Assembly (NCBI GenBank): GCA_030704615.1
Contig: CM060732.1
Location: 56,916,001-56,980,000, forward strand
Direction of reading: 5' to 3'
Length of the DNA stretch: 64,000 nucleotides
DNA from: Takakia lepidozioides
Lineage: Eukaryota > Plantae > Bryophyta
Positions 37,601 through 49,780 of this stretch are shown in pieces. The notes under the pieces are model-generated. The model was not told the DNA's origin. It worked only from the letters and a program-made list of their open reading frames with translations, and ran no database searches. How positions within the stretch are numbered: position 1 is the first letter of the stretch; every line of letters begins with the position of its first letter. The position numbers and the translations under genes were made by a program.

Positions 37601-39655
37601 AGTTGGCCCAATGCAGTGGCGGATGCAGGGGGCATAGTGGAGCTTTCCGCCCTCATTCTGCAAGTGGATCCTCAGCCTCCACATGCCCTTTTGGAAGCAG
37701 CAGCACTGGTGCTTTCCAATGTGCTCCGTTTCAGCTCACAGTATTATCTCAAAGTACCAGTGGCGGTGCTTGTGAAGTTGCTGCGCTCAACCTGTGAGGC
37801 AACAGTGGTGGTGGCACTGAGTGCACTGCTAGTTCTGGAGAGGGATGATGCATCTAGTGCTGAAGGCATGGCTGAGACAGGTGCAGTGGAGGCACTGTTG
37901 GAGCTACTACGGTGCCATCAGTGCGAGGAAACTGCGGCACGCCTTGTGGAGGCCTTGTTCAACAACGTCAAAGTTCGTGACATGAAGGTGGCCAAACTTG
38001 CCATTGCACCTTTGTCACAGTACTTGCTCGACCCACAGACACGAATGCAGCCAGCAAGGCTGTTGGCAGCATTGGCATTAGGGGATCTGTTTCAGCATGA
38101 GGGCCTGTCTCGCAGTAGTGATGCAGTGTCAGCCTGCCGTGCTTTGGTGAGCTTGTTGGAGGATCAACCAACTGAAGAAATGAAGATGGTGGCTGTGTGC
38201 GCGCTGCAGAACTTGGTGTGCAACAGCCGCTCCAACAAGCGTGCAGTGGCTGAGGCTGGTGGTATTCAGGTGGTGCAAGAGCTCCTGGCCTCAAGCAATT
38301 CGGAAACTGCAGGGCAAGCTGCTGCATTGATCAAGCTTGTCTTTTCAAACCATACCATTCAAGAGTATGCCTCGAGTGAAATTATTCGGGCTCTGGCAGG
38401 TAAAGCACTTGCAGACCTTCCCCGGTATTGGTATAACCTTGTAAGCTTGATTAGTAGTGTCATTCTGATTGGCTGATTGTGTATTGTGTGGTACAGCTGC
38501 CCTTGAGAAGGATTTGTGGGCAACAGCATCAGTGAATGAGGATGTTGTGAAGGCCATGACAGTAATGCTTGGAAACTTTGGCCGGTTGCGCTGCACGGAT
38601 GCTGCCACACACAGTATCGCGCAGCTGGTGGGTGCACTAAAGGCTGGCAATGAAGGAGCACAGGAAGCAGCACTAGAGGCTTTGTTCCTACTACGTCAAG
38701 CCTGGTCCTCCAGTCCTGCGGAGGTGGGAAAAGCACAAGCCATGGCAGCGGCAGAAGCCATTCCTGTGCTGCAACTGTTGATGAGGACAGGCCCCCCACG
38801 CTTTCAGGACAAGGCAGACAGCCTGCTGCAGTGCCTGCCAGGAAGCTTGGTGGTTACTGTTAAGGGAGGCGAGAATCTCAAGCAATCCATGGGCAGTACA
38901 AATGCCTTTTGTAAGCTCACACTTGGAAGTGGTCCTCCTCGACAAACCAAGGTGTGTTTCACTATCTTGCTCCAAAGTGGTGATCAGGAACTAGTTTATC
39001 CTTCCTGTTTATATGTGGTTAATCTACTAGTTATGATTTGAGTCGTCAGCCAAAATGATGGGTAGTACTACAATACACTTAAAATCTCTATGGAAGGGGA
39101 GGCCCTAGTTGAACTGCACACCTCTCCTTTGTAGGCTGCGAGATGCATGCTGGATGTTGATGCCATGATGATCTAATAATGGTGATCGGATTGTTTCATG
39201 GTGATACAGGTTGTGAATCACAGTACGACCCCAGAGTGGAAGCAGGGTTTTGCATGGGCATTTGATACCCCTCCGAAAGGCCAAAAGCTTCATATTTCAT
39301 GCAAGAGCAAGAATGCATTTGGCAAGGTTCGTGGTCCCACTGCGCGTCTCCTTTTTCCCTAGGTGTTATCTACTTGTTTCTTATCATGGGCCTGCCAGAT
39401 CCTTGTACTCTTTGTCTTGGACTGTTACATGGGGGCTGGCTCGATTGTAAACAAGGGAAAACAAAGAGCACACAATGTCTGCTGTTGAAGTGGTGTCTAA
39501 ATGGGTTGCAGGGATCACTCGGAAAGGTTACCATTCAAATTGACCGAGTGGTGATGCTGGGAACAATAAGTGGACAGTATACGCTGCTGCCTGACTCCAA
39601 CCGGGATGGCTCATCTCGAACCCTGGAAATTGAGTTCCAGTGGTCTAATCGTTGA
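31615..39655 (+). CDS. CSI1: CELLULOSE SYNTHASE INTERACTIVE 1-like (armadillo repeats + C-terminal C2 domain), ~2140 aa; exons 31615-31700, 31892-34967, 35855-38399, 38497-38951, 39210-39326, 39512-39655
   Basis: [37 protein letters not shown] and [21 protein letters not shown]; C-terminus [20 protein letters not shown] introns in consistent phase. Confidence 0.95.
35022..35390 (+). mobile_element. 5'-truncated LINE 3' end in a CSI1 intron
   Basis: [38 protein letters not shown] (LINE ORF2 C-terminal CCHC) followed by a TTCATTTCATTT tail. Confidence 0.75.
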
Positions 39656-40658
39656 ATCTGTGAGTCGGAAGACATGGTACATTGTAGTGGATGGGTTAGT
39701 TAGGCAGCCATTATTTGAATTTTGTATGATGATGTAGAGGTGGCATTAATATGGTGTCTTCTCAGACTGTCGAATTGGCAACCTCTAGGACAATTGTTCG
39801 GAGGTCCATGTACATGGCAAAGGGTCTGAACATGAAGTGCACTGCGTAATTGTTGAAATGTGGGAGATGACAAGATTGTAGGCCTTTGATCTTCCTGAGG
39901 GGCAAGTCTTCACCTGCACTACGTCCACATGTAGGCTGAAAAATGGGTCCAACCCATCTGGCAGGGATTTTATGCCTTCTTTTATTTGGCACTGATCTTT
40001 AAAGTAGAGTAGTCATATATCTCACGTTGTGGCTCTTTTTTGCCTGCCATTGTGGCTTTGTCCAGTAAAACATAGGTCCAAGGGGATGACTATTCATCCA
40101 AATCAAGCTGCTCAGCATTTTTGGGATTTCCATATCCTTCAAACCCGATATTGTAACCAATTAGAGATAAGAGGCCAGACTTTTCCCCAGTTGTTATTCC
40201 TCCTTTGTATATAGGAAGGATTCCAGCAAGTAGTTGAGCTTGTCTAGGTGATTGTTGAGCTTTAGTAGTCAATAAAGTATTTGAGACCTTCGGACTGGTT
40301 CAAAGTGCGAAATGCTACACAGGATTGTTATGGTTAGCATCTGCATTCCCTAAGGAGCAGGTCTTGCAGAGGTTGTGGCACCACAATAGGAGTTGATCTT
40401 GAATGTTGATTGTATCATAGGACACCACTTCACAGTTCAGGTTGATGTAGTGCGTGTTTTTTCTGCCTCTTGCCTCTCTGACCTTTGACATGGCGTTGTT
40501 CTGCAATGGGATTGCCCATTTAAGTCATCATGGAACCACTCTATTGAGGAAGGAGAGCGATCCCTCAAGCCATTTGAATTTACAGCAATTCTTCTTAGAT
40601 TTTGCTGTGTGCCTTTGTGATGTTGGGGATACTGACGCAGCTAAAGCTGGAAAGGGAC

Positions 40659-43164
40659 TCAGCCCACTAAGTATGAGACTGAAGTGCTTGCATGAGCATG
40701 TTCCCCTCCATGTGCATTCTGGGCAACTATGTGCAAACCACGCCTACTTCCTAGCTCTGAGAAATCAATACTTCCTCCAGTCCTTTGACGTGGCACCCTC
40801 TCCTGAGAATTTCTTTCAGAGTGTATCTCTTTGAAGTCGACCTGTTCTGATGAAATCAAGGAGGCCACAAGACCACCTCCCTTAAGCTTCTGAGGAACAG
40901 ATTTTAAACCCTCATTTGCAGCTTGTAGTTCTAGTTCCGAATCTGATTCTGTGTCAGGCTCAGAAAGGCGATCCTCATTGTCTGGCACTGGTACTGGAGT
41001 TGGAAATGACAGTGTAGAGTGATGAACCCGTCCACCTGACCTCACCAAGAACATCTCCAGATCCTTTCTGGGCTGGTGCTGATTAATATCGGGAGCTGGT
41101 TCTGCCTCTGGATTGATCATGTAGCCGCATGAGGCGGACTGTAAGGAACTAAATATGGGATTTACAAAGGCATTATCACGAATTCCATTTCCAACTTTAT
41201 GGGAAGCGAGAATTTGAAGGTTCTTTTGGGACTTCATGAGGGAGAATTCTGAAGAAGCAGCGCACACATTCAGGAGGAGCTCAACAGTCCGCAAATCGTC
41301 CTTTATACCCTTCACTTCGTATTCAAGTTCTTTCCGATCTGGTTCAATAGCCAGCAGCCCCTTCACTTTGAACAACGCCTCCTCAATCAGCCTTTTCTTA
41401 TTTGTCAGAGAAGCCTGGTAGTTGAGATTACAATATTGTTAGCAGTCTTCTAAGCCTTCGTAGACAGGCTTATACTATACACACTATCAAGCTCCTATCA
41501 AATAGGGCTGGAACCTGCCACAGTATTTGATACAATGAAGCATTTCATGCTCTTACAGAAGGTGATGACTGTCTAAAAGATGATTCGGAGTCCCAGCCTA
41601 AAGGCAGGGCCATCATAATGTAGGCAATTAGCTTCATCTTTTGGATTTATCCCTTCCCTTGTAGACCTATGCATTGCATGAATAGTCCTACGCCTTCACC
41701 TCTTTGGAATTGTTGTTCTTGTTGCTAAAACCAATTGCTAGAAGCTCTCCACCTTTAGATCGAAGAGCTGTTACAAACCCGGTATGTGATATCCCGCGCA
41801 CGTTTGACTTGAGGTTGTCCACCACAAAGCCGGGGTGTATCCAAAGGATGTTTGCGCCAATACCTTATGCACATCCAAACACATATGGTCATCCCAGCCA
41901 AGAATCCACCGACTATGGGCATACTGATCGTGAAGCTTACTATGTTGTTATCATGGATATCTGCACATATTTGACAATGAAAATGTCATGAGTTCACGAC
42001 TTGGTTCATTATCGATCAAGTCAAGAATAAGCATTTCTGTTACAGGACCAGTCTGTAAGTGCTCTCACTGCCTAGTGCCAAGGACTACTGCAACATGATA
42101 CAACATGATTACAAGAGGGGAGCTAGATAACAGAGCTCTAGAAAGAGAGACACACTTGTAAGATGACGGTGATGAGTGAGGATAAATGGCGCTCTCGAGC
42201 AGCACACCGGTGAATTCCACATCGCAAAGTAAAAATATACGAGAAAACCAAGAAACTTCATAGCTTTGGACCCCATGCCGTCAACAACAATGAAGAGCAA
42301 GTACACCTTGGATCTTCAATTTGAGGCAATTACAACAGGTCTGGGCAGCATCAGCTTTTCCTTTGCTCCGAGCACACCAATGTCGGGATGATCCCAGGAA
42401 AATTTCTGTAAGAAAGTCCTTTAGATGTGGGCTGCCTGAAGCCACCCTCTCTGGACTACAATATGGACTGTAGCTCTGAGCTTAAGGACAGATGTTATTG
42501 AAAAGGTTATGTGAAGGATAACACTGGAGAGTATACAGTTGCCAAAAAGTTAAGTCTGAGCATTTCAGGGCACTTCCATGCAATATGGTTTAAAAGCAAG
42601 CGGTTAGCCATGAAACAACTTTTTCTCTCTTGCCATCTTTTCAACATCTTAGTGAGAGAGCAACACAGTCCAAATTCTGCCCTATTACACAAAGACTCCT
42701 GCAATTTCAGGAACAGTGAACAATCCATCTATGTTTTCCTCTTTGACCAGACTTTGAATGGGTCATTATCATGATAGACCATCACACTTAGACCCAAGTG
42801 CTACAAATAATGAGGTGTTCCAGAACTTAAGAGAATGCAGATATCCTCCATGTCCTTCATTTACAAATTATGAAGGAACGAGATCCACATGTATTTAATC
42901 TCCCACTATTCCATGTGGTCATTCATGAATATCTCCCACCTTACACTGATCACATGTGTGATAGTTTCAAGCTTGAACAGAAAAGTATATGAGGTGCCTT
43001 CCACCTCCAGTTACAAAACCATTGTGTCTTCCCCTACTTTCCGAAAAATTGTGGGCGTTCCGCCATTCATGAATGCTGCACTCGGATGAGCGTTTGAGAT
43101 TGGAAGAGGCACAGGAAATTCTAATGATCAAGATCAAAAAGTTCTCTCTCATCCTCGCACGCAT
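40659..43164 (-). CDS. Tentative uncharacterised protein (~392 aa); exons 43164-43005, 42405-42307, 41863-41700, 41414-40659
   Basis: 238-aa ORF extended by three upstream GT-AG exons with matching phases. No recognised domain; convergent with CSI1. Confidence 0.45.
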
Positions 43165-44476
43165 TTGGCATCAAACTAATAAACAATTGGATGGTTCAAA
43201 TCGCCCTTTAAACTGAAATGATATACCAACACTTGCCCTTCACATGCTTGGAAACAAAATCTTAAGCAACATATGGCCCTTCACAAATGAATTTACGGTG
43301 AATTTCTGCAGAGTCGCTGAACTAGGGTTACGTGACGAGGTGAGACACCCACATGGTTGCCTTTCCTACATTCAGAGAAGCAAAGAACAGCTTGTAATGT
43401 CTGCTGAGACGAGTTCACATGCACCTTTGCTTGTGGGGCCATAGTGAATCCACAAATCGATGAATCGTTCTGCTTATTTTAATCGAGGATTGTGGTGGCT
43501 CAAAATCTTCCCGTTCCCAGTGAGATTTGCCGATGACTCCTGGAACAATCTGAACTAAATTCTAAGAATTATTTCAACAATTCAGCCTCACTGAATGAAC
43601 CCGTTTTGGGAGGGCGTATAGATTTGTAAAACCCAACAGACCTCTCACCCGCCCAACATTGGAATGAACTGAGCTTGCATGAGTCAACGTCCGTGGCCAC
43701 ACCTTATGATTGATGCTCAAACCATGGAGACTTGTGAAGACTGAATTAGTGGGGATTCGGCACCACACAGATAACACCATCGGCTGTCAAACATTAGAAC
43801 ACTAGAGAGATTCCGATGCATACCCGTAGTTTCGGAACAGTTGAGATGAAGGATCGCTGCCTTGGTAACCAGCACAGAGCGTGCCAGATAGGGTGCCAGA
43901 TAGCACAACGGTCTGGCTGTCACTACTAGATGTGAACTGAATACTTGCCATACTTTTATGAATCGATAGTGAAGACTTCAACCCTGCGGAGATCCCTGCA
44001 CTTCACCGGTAGCTGAGCCATATAGGCGTGTTAGAATTGATAGCAACAAAGACTAAAGTGTAAGCTCTCCACTCAACCATAGAAACCACTATCGTACTCT
44101 CTCTTGACAATAGATTAACGTACCTGCGCTGTCCCATAATAATTAAATCCAAAAAAAGGCTGCCAAAAAATCTGAAATTATTACCCTTCCAGGGCCGAAT
44201 GTCAAGCAAATTTGACCCCAAGACCTGCCCTGTCAAAATTTCCTATATTACCATTACACTAGGCATGCACAAAAGCAAATTTGCTGAGTTTTTATTATTT
44301 ATAATAATCACTGCCGGAATTGCAGAAATTCCAAAAAAGCCTGTCGGACCCCTTCTTCAAGAAAAATTAAATAGTCCGGCAGGGTCCTGACGATTAATAT
44401 AGGCAAGTACGGTAGTGGCTTCACCCGAGCTTATTCATGAACATCTTAGAGAGTTTAGATCTCTATGATCTATTTA

Positions 44477-44788
44477 GAGCCACTTTACACTAGGGACCAA
44501 GACCAAGACCAAGCGGAAATGGAGCATTCTTATTGGCCGAGGGCCGAAAATTGGTCCCAAAGGCTTTACACTAGGGACCAAGCCCAAAAGACCAAAGCGG
44601 GCCAATATGCTTACGTGGCACCTACTTTTGGCGCGAACTTCTTGGTCCACACCAAGGAAAAGGAACCCTCCTGATAGCTGGGCCCAACTATTTGCCTCCG
44701 GACCAAGACATCGGACCAAGACCAGCCCAAGAGTGGCACTTCTCGGTCCCACGCTTTCTTGGTCTTGGTCCCTAGTGTAAAGTGGCCC
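44477..44788. mobile_element. PIF/Harbinger (Tourist-like) MITE
   Basis: ~32-bp TIR G(A/G)GCCACTTTACACTAGGGACCAAGACCAAGA, TTA TSD on both sides, internal GACCAA repeats. Confidence 0.9.
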
Positions 44789-44959
44789 TTAGTCACTTCC
44801 ATTGCGTACTATTGTTACCATTCTAACCATTCACCTTCTAGTAGTGAGTTCAATGGTGGTCTCTTAGTCTTCTAGATATTTGGCCTTCTCGAGGAAATGT
44901 TTAACTGCTTCCAACACTCCCATTTAGTTAAATCGTATCAAACTACTTTTTCATTTGTC

Positions 44960-45765
44960 TTTGGAGAAACCACTTCCAAAAGTGGGTAAGTGGGTTTTTT
45001 TTTTTTTTCCACTTGTGATGTGTTTTGTTCATAGTAGACTCTTCATCAAAATAACTGCAATCATATCTCTTATAGCACAATGGATCACCTTAATATCTCA
45101 TTTACATACATCTTCCCGTATGTAGTGATGGTGAACTTCAATGTGTTTGGACCTCGAATGATACTTCGGATTCTAGCTTAGTGCAATCCTACTTTGATTG
45201 TCACAAAAGAGAGTTGTAGGTGATGCCTAGATAGGACCCAAATCTCCAAGCAACTTCCATAACCAAATAGTCTTTTATTTTGTTTGTATAATTGACATGT
45301 ACTTAGCCTCTGTTGATGATAATGTTGTTGCAACTTGTCGTTTGCTAGACCAAGCTACGGCTCCACCTGTTACTAGAAAACAATAGCTTGAAGTTGATTT
45401 TCTACAATCAACATCTTCTGCCCAGTCAGCATCAACAAACCCCAATTAAATTGGATTCTCCACTTTCTCCTAGGAGTAAACCAGATGTTGATGTTCCTTT
45501 TAGATATTGAAATATCTTCTTCACCGCTTTCCAATGGGTTTGTCTGGATCTACAAGAAATTGTGAGACCACTCCCACTGTCTGACCTAAACCATGCAGTA
45601 CATTAAACTGCCAATTGCACTTTGATAGGGAGTCTTCTTCATCTCCTCCTTCTATTTTTGAGTCTTAGGTGCCATGTCTTTTGTGAGTTTTAAACCAACT
45701 TCGAGAGGAGTTGATGTTGGCTTACTCATCTCCAACTTGAACCTTTTCAAAATGGTCTCAACAAT
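44960..45765 (-). pseudogene. Ty1/Copia RT-RNaseH fragment
   Basis: Minus strand: PYQSAIGSLMY, GFVDADWAEDVDCRKSTS, WSSKRQ..LSSTEAKY. Confidence 0.85.
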
Positions 45766-46915
45766 AGTCAACCATGGGGTCATCTTCCCTTCAAGTTATG
45801 TGCAAGATTTGACTAAGGTGTCTATTAATAAGTAATGCAAAAGTTACCTCTATAGAATATCAATTTAAAGATGTCATCTGTCAAACTCAGGCTTCCCTGC
45901 TATCTACTTTACACTCTACCTAGTCACCACCATCAGATTCTACCAACTACACCTCCAGTTCCTCCCCATCTACCACATCCTCGATTGTAATGATCCAGGT
46001 TAAAAGACACTCAGCCAAACCCCCATCCGGCTATGTATGGACCAAATCCCTGCTTCCAACTGATCGTAGGGTCAAATTCTTCTTCATTCTAAACAAGCCA
46101 TCAATAGAGGGCAACGCCCTCAACCTGCCCTTCCCGCCTAATGCTTATTAAGCTTTCTTCCTAGAACGTAAGGGGACTGGGCCCTGATCCCGCCTCACCT
46201 AAACAAGTCAGCTCAAATCTTGGGTAGCTCCCCTTCTCACACATGACTCTATCACCCTTATGCAAGAACATAAACTTGATCATACCAAAATTGCTCATCT
46301 ATCTGGCCACCTCTGGCCTGCTAACTTAGCCCTATGGAAACCCACTTCCAAGGGCACAAGAGGGGGGGGAGGACAATAATTCTCCCTTCCCTCTCTCTTC
46401 ACCCACTCATTCGTAACATCCTGGGCCCCATATAGAATTCATTAATTTTGTGCTTTGAACCTCTCCAACAATACAGATCCATTAGGCGTAGACTATAGTC
46501 AACATTTACGCTCCAAAACACCCCAGCACAAAGAGAGGATCTCTGGAGTTTGATGAATCGTAAAATGCAATCTGAAAGGTCCTATAGATAGTTGGTTACT
46601 AGCTAGCGACTCAACGTGGTAGAATCTTAGGAGGATAGAAGAGACACTAGCTCCTTTGTTCCAAACATTGACGAAGTCAACCAATGGCTTCACCTCTGTC
46701 AAACCCACAATTTGATTGAAACCGTCCCTACCACTCGAGAAATATCTCTGGTCCCAACCACCCTTCTTCACATAGATCAACAACCATGACGTCCTCAGCC
46801 TTCAGATGGTAAGATTAAACAGAGTATAGACCTCACTGAACCTTGTTCAATGCATTAAACAAGAACCCCATTAACCAATCCCCCAAGGTTTTGACCAGGC
46901 AGTAGTCTCAGCTCT

Positions 46916-48587
46916 TGTCACGGATATAGCCCAGAAGAACTTACCAAGAATAAATACCAGAAGTTACCAAGTTACCATGTTACTGAAAATTACAGTGAAT
47001 CACCATGATCTACCATGATTTATCATAAGTTACCATTAGTTACCAAGTTATCGAGAATTTATCAAATTACCTAGAGTAACTTGGGAAACTGCTCAGGAAG
47101 CTTCCTTTGGAGGAAACTTCTCCATCAAGATACCTCCTTTGTTTAAGGAAACTTCTCCATCAAGAAACCTCCTTTGGGGAAGCCTCTTAGGGAACCCCTA
47201 GTAGCCAGTATATATAGGAGGCGAGACTGGGCACTCTTCAGTCTCGCCAACACAACTTCAAGCTACTCTTGTTTCCAGTCCTAGTACTTCAGTCCAGCTT
47301 CCAGTACTTTAGTCCAGTTTCCAGTATCGTACTTCATTCCAGTTTCCAGTATCCAAGTCAAGTTCCAGTATCTTGTACTCTTGTCCATTTTTATAAAGAT
47401 CATCGTGATTCATGTCTACCCATCATGCATTTGGCCACGCCAACCTTGACTTATTGTATAGTCTTGTACCTCTAGTCTGATCTCTTGTTTGTGTTCAGTC
47501 ATGTTCTTGTCCTTGACAGTTTGGCGAGACTAAAGTTTGTTCCTTAGTTAGTTAAGATGGAAGACACATTTGCGGAAATGGTCGCCACATTGCAGAGTCT
47601 TCAGCTCTAGATGCAAGAACATCATACCTCTACCGCCCAATTACAAGCTGATCAGTCTCAAGATCTTGGCAACACTCTCCACAATTTGCAACAACAAATT
47701 TCAGAGTTAAAGGAGTCGAACAATGGATCTTCAACCATACGAGTCTCTACTGCAACAGCTTCTATTGCAACAGTTCCTCTTCAACAGATTACGAGAGAAC
47801 CAAAGATCAGCATGCCCGAGAAATTTGATGGGACAAGATCAAGATTTCGCGATTTTGTTCAACAAATACGACCGTTCCTACGACTACATCCACAATGTTA
47901 TCCCGATGAAAGTATTCAAGTGGGATTCGTGGGCACCCATCTATCAGGCACTTCCCTATCTTGGTTTGCACCGCTATTAGAAAAATAAAAATAAAAATAA
48001 AAAATAAAAAAATAAAAAAAAATCGCATTTACTATACAATTTTGAAGCATTTATGTCCGAGTTCACTGCAACGTTTGGAGAAAATGATAGGGAGAAAGTT
48101 GCAGAGACAAAGATGTGAAATCTTCGACAAGAAGCACGTCATGCTTCCGTTTATGCCGCCGAATTTCGACAATTTGCGTGTGACCTCGACTGGAATGTGA
48201 AGAGCTTCATTAGTCAGTTTCGATGTGGGCTAAATGAGGATGTAAAAGATTTGTTGCTGACAATGCCAAACGTGAGCACACTGAACGAATTCATCACCCA
48301 AATCATTGCATACGATAATCGTTTGTTCGAAAGAGTCAAGAGAAACGATCTGGATGGTCGACGACGCATCATACCGCTGCTACTACGGCACCAAACACAA
48401 TGATCCATCACACATCTGGTAGTGATTCTATGCAGATTGATGTTGTCCGATTCAAGCCATTGACGCCACAAGAAAAACAAAGACGGCGCTCAAATGGATT
48501 ATGTCTCTATTGCGGAGAAGAAGATCACATAGCATTAAACTGCCCCAACAAGAGAAGATTCAAAGCTGGGGGCGCAGCTCAAGTGTT
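46916..48587 (+). mobile_element. Chromovirus E (same family as D): 5' LTR 46916-47518 and gag, interrupted by copy C; remainder not in the window
   Basis: LTR homologous to 49111-49742; gag MPEKFDG and CLYCGEEDHIALNC. Homology to D breaks exactly at CTCAAGTGTT|TGTCA. Confidence 0.9.
47521..47531 (+). promoter_or_regulatory. Self-priming PBS (Tf1 type) of chromovirus E
   Basis: TTGGCGAGACT is the reverse complement of AGTCTCGCCAA (47240-47250), which lies 31 nt after the TATA box at 47209. Confidence 0.85.
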
Positions 48588-49780
48588 TGTCAAGTTATTC
48601 TACCACTAGTGTGAAACTAGCTAGGAAATAGCTAGCTTTTACATATTGACATTTGGGATTGGCCCAAGTGTTAATCCAAGGGTCAAGGCAGATTTAGGCC
48701 CTAGAGTGGTTATCTTCACGGCAAGCGCGGGAGGCTCATCTTTTTCGAGTTGAGCCTCACCGCGCCTAGCCTTGGCGCCGTAGTGTGGATTCCCCATGGC
48801 GTGGGGTGCATTTGGCTTGACTTGTATTTGAGTGATGAGGTTATATATGCATGAGTTTATGCTTCAGCTTTGTGAGCTCGCATGAGCTTCTGCTTGTATT
48901 CTTCTTCTTTATCACTCAAGAAAGATGAGCTCGTATCTGTGAGTGCCAGATACGAGTTAGTTGTAGCACTTGTGGTTTTTGCTTGAGGATGAGAGAAACC
49001 AGGTTGTTATGCAAGGAGCACCGTGGAGCCCTTGATTATTAGAAGCGGAGGCGATGTGGGTTACGAGGTGGTACACCTTGGCATTCAATCTTCAGCTTCA
49101 GAGATGAAAGTGTCACGGACATAGCCCAGAGGAACTTACCAGGAGTAAATACCAGAAGTTATCAAGTTACCATGTTACCGAAAGTTACCATGACTTATCG
49201 TGATTTACCATGATCTACCATGATTTATCATTACTTACGAAGTTACCTGGAGTTTACCAAATTACCAAGAGTAACTTGGGAAACTACTCAGAAAACTTCT
49301 TTTAGAGGAAACTTCTCCATCAAGATACCTCATTTGTTTAAGGAAACTTCTCCATCAAGAAACCTTTGTTTAATCTTGGAAACTTCTCCAGCAAGCAACA
49401 TCCATAGGGAAAGCTTCTTAGGGAAGCTTCTTAGTAACCAGTATATATAGGAGGCGAGACTGGACACTCTTCAGTCTCGCCAACACCAGTTCAAGCTACT
49501 CTTGTTTCCAGTTCCCAGTACCCTAGCCCAGTTTCCAGTAGTTGGTACTCCAGTCCAGTTTCCAACATTCCAGTATTCAAGTCGTGTTCCAATATCTTGT
49601 ACTCTTGTTCATTGTTATAAAGATCGTCTTAATTCTTATTTACTCATCGTGCATTCGGCCACGCCAACCTCGACTTTTTGTCTAGCCTTGTATCTCTAGT
49701 TTTATCTCTTGTTTGTGTTTAGTCATGTTCTCGTCCTTGACAGTTTGGCGAAACTAAAGTTTGTTCTTTAGTTAGTTAAG

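Noticed and set aside
45880-46915. Minus-strand ORF remnants (46499-46783)
   Set aside because: Likely a decayed TE protein, but no diagnostic motif recognised.
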